From: Candidatus Altimarinota bacterium
GTDB taxonomy: Bacteria; Patescibacteriota; Gracilibacteria; CAIRYL01; GCA-016699755
Length of the DNA stretch: 24,000 bases
Direction of reading: 5' to 3'
Assembly (NCBI GenBank): GCA_041738935.1
Contig: JBGSOV010000010.1
Coordinates: 11,925-35,924, forward strand
Numbering within the stretch: the stretch's first letter is position 1; the number at the start of each line of letters is the position of its first letter. Positions 23,946 through 24,000 of the stretch are shown piece after piece. The position numbers and the translations under genes are program-made. The notes under the pieces are model-generated. The model was given only the letters and a program-made list of their open reading frames with translations, was not told the DNA's origin and made no database searches.

Positions 23946-24000
23946 ATTTTTACGATAAAGCTAAGGATTGTCCAAGCGGAGAGGGCAATGACCAATCCGA
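23936..24000 (-). CDS. 3' end of an upstream hydrophobic ORF, possibly another pilin-like protein (partial)
   Basis: The minus-strand frame reads ...GLVIALSAWTILSFIVKIWQ*. Its stop TAA (23938-23936) overlaps the ATG at 23945 of the next gene by 10 nt (ATGGCAATAA). Only 20 codons are visible. Confidence 0.3.
   Translation of the reverse strand, partial: GLVIALSAWTILSFIVKIWQ

Overview
This is a 24-kb chromosomal window of roughly mid-40s %GC, judged by spot counts only. It uses the standard genetic code, since both TAA and TGA terminate well-conserved genes. Start codons have almost no Shine-Dalgarno motifs upstream. The surface-protein repertoire is an SLH protein, an LPATG/FN3 protein and two-TM VirB2/TrbC-like pilins. 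That hints at an uncultivated monoderm-type lineage, possibly CPR/Patescibacteria-like, but taxonomy cannot be established from the sequence alone.

Housekeeping backbone:
- a tight pheT (5'-partial)-lysC-asd operon
- murB, typA/bipA, uppS and a UvrD/PcrA helicase
- a YihY/BrkB-family membrane protein
- a plant-type glutamate-cysteine ligase
- a bacterial PUR-like nucleic-acid-binding protein

Unusual or accessory parts:
1. A tRNA hotspot at 7.0-7.7 kb. A duplicated promoter plus 5' tRNA module brackets a small GIY-YIG nuclease ORF. The upstream copy is a 3'-truncated tRNA-Glu-like gene, the downstream copy is an intact tRNA-Asp(GUC), and a third degenerate tRNA 3' relic follows.
2. Directly adjacent, a complete IS4-like insertion sequence with 45/46-bp terminal inverted repeats and no detectable target duplication.
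3. A CPBP/Abi-type intramembrane protease convergent with a 457-aa membrane-anchored orphan protein.
4. A family of G/C-rich nested-hairpin repeats: three in tandem at 5.9-6.0 kb and a fourth at 19.15 kb, both in convergent-gene gaps.
5. A surface locus at 21.5-24 kb that runs off the right edge. It holds a small Ser/Thr-rich secreted peptide, an FN3/LPATG sortase substrate and two overlapping pilin-like genes.
6. A structured leader with mutually exclusive terminator/antiterminator pairings upstream of an orphan gene at 15.4 kb.

I saw no CRISPR array, rRNA, or recognisable defence or toxin-antitoxin system. I did not find a clear-cut multi-gene novel system. The best candidates for follow-up are the tRNA/GIY-YIG cassette and the pilin/surface locus.
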